A stretch of 37,562 nucleotides of DNA from Candidatus Heimdallarchaeota archaeon. Its GTDB lineage: Archaea > Asgardarchaeota > Heimdallarchaeia > Heimdallarchaeales > Heimdallarchaeaceae. Made by a program: the position numbers and the translations under genes. Below the pieces are notes generated by a model that was given only the letters and a program-made list of their open reading frames with translations, had not been told where the DNA came from and ran no database searches. How positions within the stretch are numbered: the first letter of the stretch is position 1; each line of letters starts with the position of its first letter. The DNA is taken from contig JAEOSZ010000019.1 in NCBI GenBank assembly GCA_016840095.1, forward strand, positions 1 to 37,562. Direction: 5' to 3'. Positions 1 to 8,616 of the stretch are shown here, piece by piece.

Positions 1-938
1 AGAGTAGTTCCATGTCCATTTGCTATAGGATCAAGTGTTGCATACCACAGTGGTCTTCCAGCTGCAAGAATTCTTCCTATGTAAAAGTGAGGAGTGATAA
101 GTATCCAAGGAATTGATAAAAGCAAAGTTGATAACAAAAACGGACGAAGGAATTTTTTCACAGCAATTCTCAGATCATATTTTTTCCATATCATTGAAAA
201 AATTGGTATAACTAAGAAAAGAGGCATTTGTTTTGTTAACCAAGCCAAAGTAAGAGAATATGCTGTTAATCTGTACCGTTTCTTCAATACAAGAAAGAAT
301 GCAAGAAGTGTGAAAAAAGTCATTTGAGGGATATTTAGATAATAAGTATCAACATAAAGTAAGTTTAACGGCATGAAAATGAATGCAAAAACACCAATAA
401 TTCCAATGAGATGTTTGTATACTTTTTTATCTTTCAGGAAACTGAAATTTATTATAATCAGATAAACCATCACTGCTGATAGAGCATCAAAATTGATAGC
501 AGTCCATTTAACAGATTCTTCAATGAGGATATTGTTTGGCATTCCTGGATTGAACAATTGAACTAGTAATGATGTAAAATATAGGCCATAGATGAATATA
601 GGTCCATACACATAAAAGTCAAGTTCATCTGTATAACGCAAATAGGGATTCCATCCATTTCGGAAAGCATCTAAGTATGATTCATAATAATAATTTGCAT
701 CATCATATATCTCGAAATACCAGAACTCTGCACCGTTTACTGGCTCACCCAAAGTATAAGTAAAAGTCATACCAATATTACTGTAAATCCACTCAGAAAT
801 GTTTATTTTTATTAGAATTGCAGAAACTAAGATGCTTGCGATGAGGATAATAACAACTAGATGCTCAATATCAAACCTGAATGTAAAATTCTTAAATGTA
901 AATACCTGTTTGTCCTCTTTCTCTCTTAATTCAGCCAT
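1..938 (-). CDS. Polytopic membrane protein, GT-C (GT87/PIG-M-like) glycosyltransferase; runs off the window at its 3' end
   Basis: Not in the ORF track. Hand translation from ATG at 938 gives MAELREKEDKQVF...DFYVYGPIFIYGLYFTSLLVQLFNP...LTKQMPLFLVIP...LSIPWILI..., open to position 1. It shares these motifs with 24747..26147. Confidence 0.8.
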   Translation of the reverse strand, partial: MAELREKEDKQVFTFKNFTFRFDIEHLVVIILIASILVSAILIKINISEWIYSNIGMTFTYTLGEPVNGAEFWYFEIYDDANYYYESYLDAFRNGWNPYLRYTDELDFYVYGPIFIYGLYFTSLLVQLFNPGMPNNILIEESVKWTAINFDALSAVMVYLIIINFSFLKDKKVYKHLIGIIGVFAFIFMPLNLLYVDTYYLNIPQMTFFTLLAFFLVLKKRYRLTAYSLTLAWLTKQMPLFLVIPIFSMIWKKYDLRIAVKKFLRPFLLSTLLLSIPWILITPHFYIGRILAAGRPLWYATLDPIANGHGTT

Positions 939-1058
939 ACAATTCATTCTAAAAAACCTTTGAACTATTTTAAACTTATTGAAGAATAGATGAAGTTATT
1001 CACTAGTTTTTGAACGAAGTTAATGCTTATAAGACCTACTTGTGTTTTTGTCTTATCT

Positions 1059-1949
1059 ATGAACTCCAAAGACTTAGCTGAAACTTTAGCAAAAATTGAC
1101 AAAAATGAAGGTTACCAATGGATACTTGATCACCTGCCTTTTGGAATCTCAGTTCAAACTGTAGAGCGACAAATATTGTATGAGAATGCTGCAGTGAAGG
1201 ATTTAGTTGGTTCTTATGTATATAGATATTGCTTCAATAGATGGCATTATCTAGAAGGAAAAGGAGATGAACCTTGTGAGGATTGCCCTGCAACAATTGG
1301 TTTTGATGACAAAAAAATACACAAAATATTCCGTAAAACACTAGATAAAAATAACAAGGACTTATACTTAGAAATTCAATTTATACCCGTGTTTGAAGAA
1401 AATGGAGAAATTGAAAAGTTCATAGAAATCATAAGAAATGTTACTATTCTGGATAAAGCGAAAGTTCTCGCATATACTCCAATTGAAGAAATAACAAGCT
1501 CAGTACAAAGCTCAATTGTGAAATTCGGTGATTTAGGAGGAGAAATTATCTCAACCGATAATCTGGATTTTGCTAAAAATGAAAATCTAGATGAGATTAT
1601 AGTTAAACTTACAGTTTACATTTTTAGTGGAGTCATCCAAGGTTTTGAAGAACAAGTTGGTTTGTTTGGTCCTTTTCCAGTTTTAGATAAAACTAATTAT
1701 CTAATGGAAACATTTCTTTTCAGGATAAAAGATGATAAAGCCAAAGATCCAAGATTAAAAGGAATGCAACCTTGTATGATTTTGTTGTTCTTCCCCAGAG
1801 AATATTATTTTGTTTTTGAAAAAAGGAATATTATTGAAGATTTTATTCAAAAGAAGATTGATGAATGGGATAATTTGCAAGTAATAAATGAGCAAACACA
1901 TGAAGAATTTTCTGAAGAATTGAGATTTTTATTAGAAAGACAAATCTAG
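1059..1949 (+). CDS. PAS-domain protein with an uncharacterised C-terminal alpha/beta domain
   Basis: ILDHLPFGISVQ..ILYENAA..C..PCEDCP..YLEIQFIPVFEENGEIEKFIEIIRNVT is a typical PAS pattern. The ATG at 1059 (MNSKDL) is preferred over 1023. Confidence 0.7.
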   Translation: MNSKDLAETLAKIDKNEGYQWILDHLPFGISVQTVERQILYENAAVKDLVGSYVYRYCFNRWHYLEGKGDEPCEDCPATIGFDDKKIHKIFRKTLDKNNKDLYLEIQFIPVFEENGEIEKFIEIIRNVTILDKAKVLAYTPIEEITSSVQSSIVKFGDLGGEIISTDNLDFAKNENLDEIIVKLTVYIFSGVIQGFEEQVGLFGPFPVLDKTNYLMETFLFRIKDDKAKDPRLKGMQPCMILLFFPREYYFVFEKRNIIEDFIQKKIDEWDNLQVINEQTHEEFSEELRFLLERQI

Positions 1950-2575
1950 ATTATATCTAGTAAGAAATCCTCTACAGTTCTCTCATCAGCTGGAGGTTCT
2001 TCATCAGCATAACCTATTGGTATACATGTGAAAAACTCATTTGAATTATTTATACTAAACAGCTTATTTATTGGAGTTTTCGAAGCACTGGGAAGTTCAA
2101 AATACAGCGATCCTAAACCTAATGCTGTAGCTTCAAGAAGCATATTTTCTACACAAAGAAAGACTGAATCTCGAAGTGAATTGTATAAATAACCATTGGA
2201 CACTAAGTGTGGAACATTTCCGTCAGTAAATGAATGTGCGCCTTTCTCTAAATCCAGAAATACAAATATAAAAACAGGGGCTTTTTTTATACCATCAAGA
2301 TATTTCTTATAATTTTCATACAACTCTGTTAGAGAAATTCCTTTCTTTTTTGCTGCTTCTTTCTTCCAGCGAACTATAGACTCAAGAGTTAATGCAAAGA
2401 ATTCATTAATTTTATCTCTATCATCTAAAATTAGGAATTTAAAGGGTTTAGTGTTACCTGAGGATGGGGCCCAAATACCGGCTTCAATTATACTATTTAT
2501 TTCTTTCTTGGATACTTTATCAGGTTTAAAAATCCTAATTGAACGTCTTTTCTTAATTGTATCCAGTATTGACAT
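1946..2575 (-). CDS. Nitroreductase family protein
   Basis: IKKRRSIR, WAPSSGNTKP and ENMLLEATALGLGS motifs; C-terminal IPIGYA. Confidence 0.92.
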   Translation of the reverse strand: MSILDTIKKRRSIRIFKPDKVSKKEINSIIEAGIWAPSSGNTKPFKFLILDDRDKINEFFALTLESIVRWKKEAAKKKGISLTELYENYKKYLDGIKKAPVFIFVFLDLEKGAHSFTDGNVPHLVSNGYLYNSLRDSVFLCVENMLLEATALGLGSLYFELPSASKTPINKLFSINNSNEFFTCIPIGYADEEPPADERTVEDFLLDII

Positions 2576-2664
2576 TAACTAAAAATCTCTATATACACTT
2601 ATTAATTACATTATTTGTTAAAAAATTGAAAGATTAGAAAAGAGAATAGATATTACTTTATCTC

Positions 2665-3087
2665 TTAACTATCGTATCTTTTTCCACCATAGGATGATCT
2701 GTTGTTCCATCTACGTGGAATGTCATGTTCTTCAGTTGATATATTATTTGATTCTTCTACAGATTCAACTTTATCCTTTGAATCTTCGATAAAACCTTGT
2801 CTCCCTAAAGATAATCTGATGTTTCTTTTGAATAGAATAGTTTTTGCTGATCGAAATTGGTATGTTTCTTCACTCTTGATTTTTTCAATTTGCTCATTCC
2901 ATGCTGAGAAATAAACAACACCTGAATCATCTCCAATGAGAACATCCATTACTTGGTGTTCTTCTCCAGAATTTCTGCTGGTTACTATTCGAACTTCACC
3001 TAACTCTAAAACTTTTGCTACTAGATTAACATCTCTAATGTTTGGAGTTAGTTCTCCAACTTTCATGAATTTGATTTCTTCACTCAA
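2665..3087 (-). CDS. ssb: Single OB-fold ssDNA-binding protein (crenarchaeal SSB / hSSB1-like)
   Basis: KVGELTP..VNLVAKVLE..IGDDSG..SAWNE..LSLGRQG OB-fold signature with a short basic tail; TTG start. Confidence 0.85.
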   Translation of the reverse strand: MSEEIKFMKVGELTPNIRDVNLVAKVLELGEVRIVTSRNSGEEHQVMDVLIGDDSGVVYFSAWNEQIEKIKSEETYQFRSAKTILFKRNIRLSLGRQGFIEDSKDKVESVEESNNISTEEHDIPRRWNNRSSYGGKRYDS

Positions 3088-3332
3088 TTTTATTCACTTC
3101 AATATTATTATTGTTAGATGCAGAAAAATCTCTTTAGATTATTAACAAGCAGATAACCAAGTCAAGCTTGAAAATAGTTTAAATCGATATTTTTTGCTAA
3201 AATACATCCGAAGGATTCTACTATAAAAAGAATCTGTTTTTACAGAAATTGAAAACTCTTTAATCTTCATTTCTTAGCTAAATTTGGCTGTAATGATAAT
3301 TCTCAATGCAAGTAAAATGTTAAATATTCTTA

Positions 3333-4280
3333 ATGTTTGAATTTGATATGAAATATGGCTACTATGTACGAACAGTCCTTGAATATCCAGAAATTAGAGA
3401 TTTAACTATTCGTGCAGAACAAATGGGTTTTGAATCAGCTCACGTTAACGATCACTTGATTGGGTTTGATGAAAAACAAGGGAAGAAGGAACCGTATCTA
3501 GAAGCATTAATGTTAATGAGTTCTTTAGCAGTTGAAACAAAGAAAATCAAGTTAGGACATATTGTTTTGTGTAATTCTTTCAGAAATCCAGCATATCTTG
3601 CTAAGATGATTAGCACATTAGATCATATCTCGAATGGTAGAGCACTTTTATGGTTAGGTGCAGGATGGTATGAGGAAGAGTATAAAGCATATGGATATCC
3701 ATTTCCTGACCCTAAAAGAAGAGTTGATGAATTGGAGGAATCTTTGACAATATATAAAAAATTGTTCACAGAAGATTCAACTGATTTTGAAGGAAATATT
3801 TGGAAATTAGAAAATAGCAGAAATTATCCAAAACCTATACAAAAACCTTATCCTCAGATAGTCTTGGGAACTACTGGAAAGAGAATGACAGAAATTGCTT
3901 GTCGAGAAGCAGATGGAATCAATCTTCCTTATGTAAAATTTGATGATTTGCCTAAAACAATAAGCAATATTCGAAGCTTACTTGAAAAATACAACAGAAA
4001 CACTGATGAATTTGAAATATCTTATTTTGGAGGTATTAATCTAGTTAATAACCAAGAAGAAATTGATAATCTTGTAGAAGGTATCATTGATAGAGCAAAA
4101 GAAGATTCCAAACCTACAAGAGAAGAAGTCTTAAAGAATCAATTCATTGGGTATCCAGAAGATATCAAGGAAAAACTAAATAAATATGAAGATTTGGGAA
4201 TAAGTAAAATGGTTATTGCTATCAGAAAATCTGAAAGCATTGAAGATCCAATGAAATTATTCCATGCTAAAATTATGTAA
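3333..4280 (+). CDS. LLM-class (luciferase-like) flavin/F420-dependent oxidoreductase
   Basis: AEQMGFESAHVNDH, FRNPAYLAKMISTLDHISNGR, LGAGWYEEEY, PKPIQKP. Confidence 0.92.
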   Translation: MFEFDMKYGYYVRTVLEYPEIRDLTIRAEQMGFESAHVNDHLIGFDEKQGKKEPYLEALMLMSSLAVETKKIKLGHIVLCNSFRNPAYLAKMISTLDHISNGRALLWLGAGWYEEEYKAYGYPFPDPKRRVDELEESLTIYKKLFTEDSTDFEGNIWKLENSRNYPKPIQKPYPQIVLGTTGKRMTEIACREADGINLPYVKFDDLPKTISNIRSLLEKYNRNTDEFEISYFGGINLVNNQEEIDNLVEGIIDRAKEDSKPTREEVLKNQFIGYPEDIKEKLNKYEDLGISKMVIAIRKSESIEDPMKLFHAKIM

Positions 4281-4291
4281 GAGGTTAGAAG

Positions 4292-4534
4292 ATGTATTCG
4301 AGCATATTAACTAGGTTAAGATTAATAATCGCAGAAATGGCAGAAGTTAGAAGCCATGTAATAACTACTAACACATATTTTGAAGATGATCTAAATCTAG
4401 ATAAGGACAGTTTGAGAGAACTCAAAGCTAGACTGGAAGATGAATTTGATATCAAGCTTCCTAAAAGTGTATTCAAAGAATTTAACACAGTTGGAGAAAT
4501 TGTTGGTTTTATAGAAGCAGAAATGGGGAGATAA
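4292..4534 (+). CDS. Acyl carrier protein-like protein (non-canonical attachment site)
   Basis: Ungapped match to the type II ACP pattern: IIAE..V..F.DDL.LD..EL...LEDEFDI.LP....TV.....I. A GAGG site lies upstream, and the gene starts 11 nt after the LLM gene. Confidence 0.8.
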   Translation: MYSSILTRLRLIIAEMAEVRSHVITTNTYFEDDLNLDKDSLRELKARLEDEFDIKLPKSVFKEFNTVGEIVGFIEAEMGR

Positions 4535-4553
4535 AAAATAGAAAATAAAAGAA

Positions 4554-5837
4554 TTAGAGAATTTTTTCTCCTTCTTCTAAACTTAACATTGTAAAACCAC
4601 TTATCATCTTAGGATAGAAATCAGTGGCTTTTTGAGGCATTCTTTCATGATTCTTAGAAACTTTTAGAACTTCATCAGCAAGTGTTGGATTGAGGATGAA
4701 AGCAACTTTGTATTTACCATTATCAACTTCTTCAACAGCTTCATTCCACCATCTTTCGTAGAAAATATCATCATCTATATGAAGATCTTTTAATCCCATA
4801 ATTCCATGGAAAATCATATCTCTTAAGATAACTACATCAAGATTTTTGAATTCCTCACTAGCATCGCTTACATATCTGTTAATTGCTGAGATATCCTTCA
4901 TAATCAAAGAAACAGCTCTTCCATCTTGATACATAACAAATGAATGTTTATCCTTATTTTCTTCTAAGAATTTTGGTATTTCAGTTTTCATAATTTCGTT
5001 CATATCAAAGAACATCTTTAGTTCATTCATTTTTCCTTCAGAAACATCTTCTTTAGCTAAACAGCGATGAGTTGCTAAGATATTTAATCCTTCATCTTCA
5101 ACTGGAACAAGATATGTCATTCTGAATTCATATGCAGCATATTCATTTTGATCTGCAGCTTCGTTTCTTCGCATATTTCGATATGTGATAGCTGTTTCGT
5201 ATCTGTGGTGCCCATCTGCTATTACTAATTGTTGGTCTGCAAAGACATCTTGGATAACTTTGATTTTTGCTTGATCAGAAACTTTCCATATCCTGTTATA
5301 CACACCTAAATCGTCTTTAGCTTTAATTAATGGTTCTTCTTTAGCCACTTCATCAAATATCTCTATTGTTTTTTTATCAGGATCAGAGTAAAGTATAAAT
5401 CCAGTTTCTAATGTATGCCTTGTTGTCTTAAGCATATTCAGTCTATCTATTTTTGGACCTTTGTGTGTTTTCTCATGGGGAAGAACAATGTTTTCTTCAA
5501 ATGGATGGAGTCTTAGAGCTCCTATGAAGCCTTTTCTAATGTATTTCTTGCCAAATAATTCATATTCTTGAAAATAAACGTAAATTCCAGGTACCTCATC
5601 TTTTTCTAATATTCCTTCAGCTAACCATTGATCTAACCTTTGTTTTGCGATTTCATACCTGTTTTCTTCAATCGGTAAGGTGAGTCTACAATAGTTATAT
5701 TCTGACTGAGCATAGTATGCGTTTTGCATTTCTTCATCTATTTTGTCATACGGCTGGACTATTAGTTTCTCAATGTCCCCGGCCTTGGCAGTATATCTAA
5801 TTGCTTTGAATGGTTTAATGTCTACCATACTTATCAA
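4554..5837 (-). CDS. DUF1015 family protein
   Basis: IKPFKAIRY, QPYDKI, VLPHEKT, IADGHHRYETA, RMPQKATDFYPKM. Confidence 0.9.
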   Translation of the reverse strand: MISMVDIKPFKAIRYTAKAGDIEKLIVQPYDKIDEEMQNAYYAQSEYNYCRLTLPIEENRYEIAKQRLDQWLAEGILEKDEVPGIYVYFQEYELFGKKYIRKGFIGALRLHPFEENIVLPHEKTHKGPKIDRLNMLKTTRHTLETGFILYSDPDKKTIEIFDEVAKEEPLIKAKDDLGVYNRIWKVSDQAKIKVIQDVFADQQLVIADGHHRYETAITYRNMRRNEAADQNEYAAYEFRMTYLVPVEDEGLNILATHRCLAKEDVSEGKMNELKMFFDMNEIMKTEIPKFLEENKDKHSFVMYQDGRAVSLIMKDISAINRYVSDASEEFKNLDVVILRDMIFHGIMGLKDLHIDDDIFYERWWNEAVEEVDNGKYKVAFILNPTLADEVLKVSKNHERMPQKATDFYPKMISGFTMLSLEEGEKIL

Positions 5838-6025
5838 GCTTGCACATCAGAATCTCTATTTTAATTTTTTTGTTAGAAGATGAAAAGAAACATACTCATT
5901 CTTATGATAATGAACAAAGCATCAAAAAACTTCAAATGATATACCATTTTTCAACGATATACCTTTTTTATGATATATCCTTCGATATTCTTAATAACTC
6001 AACTAAGAGAAGTTATCTCTGAATA

Positions 6026-7495
6026 TTGGTGATAAAAATAGCAGCAATCGACAAATCTGAAAAACCACAACATTGTGGAAAGAAAATGCAGAGACTCTAC
6101 ATCCGGAAAGGAACCAAAAATAGAAAGTGGATACCTGTTGGATATTATTGCAACCTCTGTTCAAAAGTAATAAAAAACAGAGAACTGGTTTTATATCAAA
6201 GTATAGAGGAACTTCGTTCTAGACAAGAATTAGTAGATAATGTTACTAATAAGCAAAAAATTGTACTTGATATTGGTGATAAACTAACCAAAGTAGGATT
6301 TGCTGGTGAAAAAGAACCTAGGTTCATATTTGATACTAGATTATATATTGATCAAAACAACAAGTCATTCATTCAAAAAGCTGATAAAATAGAAACTAGC
6401 AGAAAAGTAAAGCATCAAAAATCCCTACTAGAAGGAAACGGAGAGCAAATTGTTAATTCTGATGATATGGTTCTATTTTTAACACATGTTTTTGAGAAAC
6501 TTGGAACAAAACCTCAAAACAAAAGCATCATGCTAATTGAAAAAAGCTACAAAAACAACTATGTAGAATATTACTATGGAAGGCATGAAGAAATCAAAGA
6601 AACCACTTTACCAGAAGAAATCAAAGAGAGGTTATCAAACAAACCAAAAATCGAAAAAGTCAATTATGATAAATACATAAAATATCCAAGAAGAGAATTA
6701 GCTTCGATCTTCTTTGATTACTTTGATATTGCAAGAATCTACTTCTCAAATGGAGAACTTCTTTCATTGTACTCAAATGCCATGGTTACTGGTTTAGTTG
6801 TAAACATAGGTGTGAGAACAACACGTATTATCCCAGTTTTTCAAGGATTTATTGTTACACAAGCAATTAGCACAAGAGAGTTTGGAACCGAAGATGTTGA
6901 GAAAAGAATTCATGAGCATCTAAACACCCAAAAAAATGTACAAGGAAATTCTGAACATATTAAGTATCTGATAGAAAAACAGTTGCGTTTGGCTTCGGAA
7001 GAATATTGTTACATTTCTCTTGATCCGTCGATTGAACAAGAAAAGTGGTCAGAAAATGCGAAACTGATTAAGCATATCAATTTGTTTAATGATAATTATG
7101 TTAAGCTTGATCAAATAAGGTATTTGGCAACAGAGATACTTTTTGAAAAAGAGGAAATGAGTACTTCAACAAGAAAAGGAAATCTTGTAGATGCAGCAAT
7201 AGAAACAATACAAAAAGCCAATATAGATCTAGAAAAGGATTTGTATGAAAACATTCTCTTAACTGGTGGTGGAACCTTTTATAAAGGATTCAAAGAGAGA
7301 TTTCAAACGGAATTAGAAACAAAAGCACCTGAAAGTCTTGAAGTTAATGTACGACTAAAACCTAATAGATTAATTTCATCTTGGATAGGAGGATCTATTC
7401 TATCAAATTTAAAAACGTTTGAAACTAAAAATCTGTGGGTTACAAAGGATGAATATGAAGAAAGAGGTTCATCTGCAGTAGATAGATGTATTTAG
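6026..7495 (+). CDS. Divergent actin-related protein with an N-terminal Zn-ribbon
   Basis: IVLDIGDKLTKVGFAGEKEPR, LLSLYS..TGLVVNIG, LYENILLTGG, SWIGGSILSNL and WVTKDEYEERG..VDRC align with actin motifs from end to end. Confidence 0.93.
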   Translation: MVIKIAAIDKSEKPQHCGKKMQRLYIRKGTKNRKWIPVGYYCNLCSKVIKNRELVLYQSIEELRSRQELVDNVTNKQKIVLDIGDKLTKVGFAGEKEPRFIFDTRLYIDQNNKSFIQKADKIETSRKVKHQKSLLEGNGEQIVNSDDMVLFLTHVFEKLGTKPQNKSIMLIEKSYKNNYVEYYYGRHEEIKETTLPEEIKERLSNKPKIEKVNYDKYIKYPRRELASIFFDYFDIARIYFSNGELLSLYSNAMVTGLVVNIGVRTTRIIPVFQGFIVTQAISTREFGTEDVEKRIHEHLNTQKNVQGNSEHIKYLIEKQLRLASEEYCYISLDPSIEQEKWSENAKLIKHINLFNDNYVKLDQIRYLATEILFEKEEMSTSTRKGNLVDAAIETIQKANIDLEKDLYENILLTGGGTFYKGFKERFQTELETKAPESLEVNVRLKPNRLISSWIGGSILSNLKTFETKNLWVTKDEYEERGSSAVDRCI

Positions 7496-8547
7496 TCTTT
7501 TATTCCCCATATCTCTTTTGTTTTTTCTTCTAGTTTTACTAGTTCTTCTAAAGAAGGTTTTTTCTTTCCAGCTTCAAATTTATGCACTTCATCTTGAACA
7601 TATTTGTTGAGAAGGGTAGTAACACCAAACTTCTTACCTTGTTCAACTAGATAACCATTCAGAAAGTCAATTTCAGTTCTTTTTCCACTCTCAATAGATT
7701 GAAGACTAGAAGATCTTAGATTCTTGTACTTTTTTCCAATCATCTTTAGAACTATTTGCTTGTAAATATGCTTGAAAGAGAATCCATGAAGTTCTTTCTT
7801 GGTTAAAGCAAGAGAATTTAGATTTAGATTATTTAATCTCTGCAATTGAACACCTTTAGCTTTACCTACTTCTACTCCTTCCGTCATAACTGTTAAAAAA
7901 GCAAGTCTTGTATATTTCCGCTCAAGCATTTTGCCTAGAGTCATACCACTAATTACACCAAATGAAGCAACTGATACATTGATCAATAATTTGGTAAATT
8001 TCTCATTCATAATATTCTCAGAATAAGAAGTTGGAACAGTTTTTGAGAGTAGATTAACAAGTTTATCGTCTATTGGTTTCTTTGGACCTTCTTTTCTACC
8101 TATTACCATTTCTCCAAGAGAGGTTTTTATTGCTTCTGCAGGCCCATTTCTAGATGCACCAAAGCTTACAACACATCCAAGCAATTTTCTTCCATCTATC
8201 TGCTCAGCTAGTTTCTCCTCGAACATACCATTAGTCATTGTAACTAGTGTGTAATCTTTGTTCAATTTAGATTCAATTCTATCATATGCATCTTGAATGT
8301 CAGTTAGTTTTGTAACAATAAATACAAGATCAAGTTCTTCTGGTAGATTTTCTATAGTTAGAACTGGCATAATATTATCTTTAACTATGTATTCTCCACT
8401 TATCCCTGTAACCTTTACACCCCGATTTTCTATCATGTCCAAGGTCTCTTGATGCTTGCACACAACATAAAGAGGAAAATCATTTTTGGCTAAATCTGCA
8501 GCAATTACAGTTCCAATAGCTCCAAGACCAACTAGTGCTGCTTTCAT
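7492..8547 (-). CDS. panE: 2-dehydropantoate 2-reductase (ketopantoate reductase family)
   Basis: GLGAIG Rossmann motif, KLLIN catalytic Lys, SSSLQS..GKRTEIDFLNG. Confidence 0.85.
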   Translation of the reverse strand: MKAALVGLGAIGTVIAADLAKNDFPLYVVCKHQETLDMIENRGVKVTGISGEYIVKDNIMPVLTIENLPEELDLVFIVTKLTDIQDAYDRIESKLNKDYTLVTMTNGMFEEKLAEQIDGRKLLGCVVSFGASRNGPAEAIKTSLGEMVIGRKEGPKKPIDDKLVNLLSKTVPTSYSENIMNEKFTKLLINVSVASFGVISGMTLGKMLERKYTRLAFLTVMTEGVEVGKAKGVQLQRLNNLNLNSLALTKKELHGFSFKHIYKQIVLKMIGKKYKNLRSSSLQSIESGKRTEIDFLNGYLVEQGKKFGVTTLLNKYVQDEVHKFEAGKKKPSLEELVKLEEKTKEIWGIKD

Positions 8548-8584
8548 AAAGTTTCAATCATTAGCTATGTATTAAAAGTTTCTA

Positions 8585-8610
8585 AAATAAAAGACAAAAA
8601 AATAAAAAAG
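8585..8610 (-). terminator. Oligo-T terminator after serA (similar tracts at ~4535, ~19430, ~29965, ~33320)
   Basis: Minus-strand TTTTTATTTTTTTGTCTTTTATTTT directly after the stop. Confidence 0.5.
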
Positions 8611-8616
8611 GGAGAG

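Noticed and set aside
94-327. 77-aa plus-strand ORF
   Set aside because: Antisense shadow of the GT-C gene at 1..938(-)
5840-6022. 60-aa ORF upstream of the actin-like gene
   Set aside because: TTG start, no motif, and it spans the divergent promoter region; likely spurious
6026-7495. Eukaryotic contamination or MreB/FtsA identity for the actin gene
   Set aside because: It is intronless and overlaps the prokaryotic panE stop; its motifs (GFAG, WIGGSIL, EYEE.G) are actin/ARP-type, not MreB
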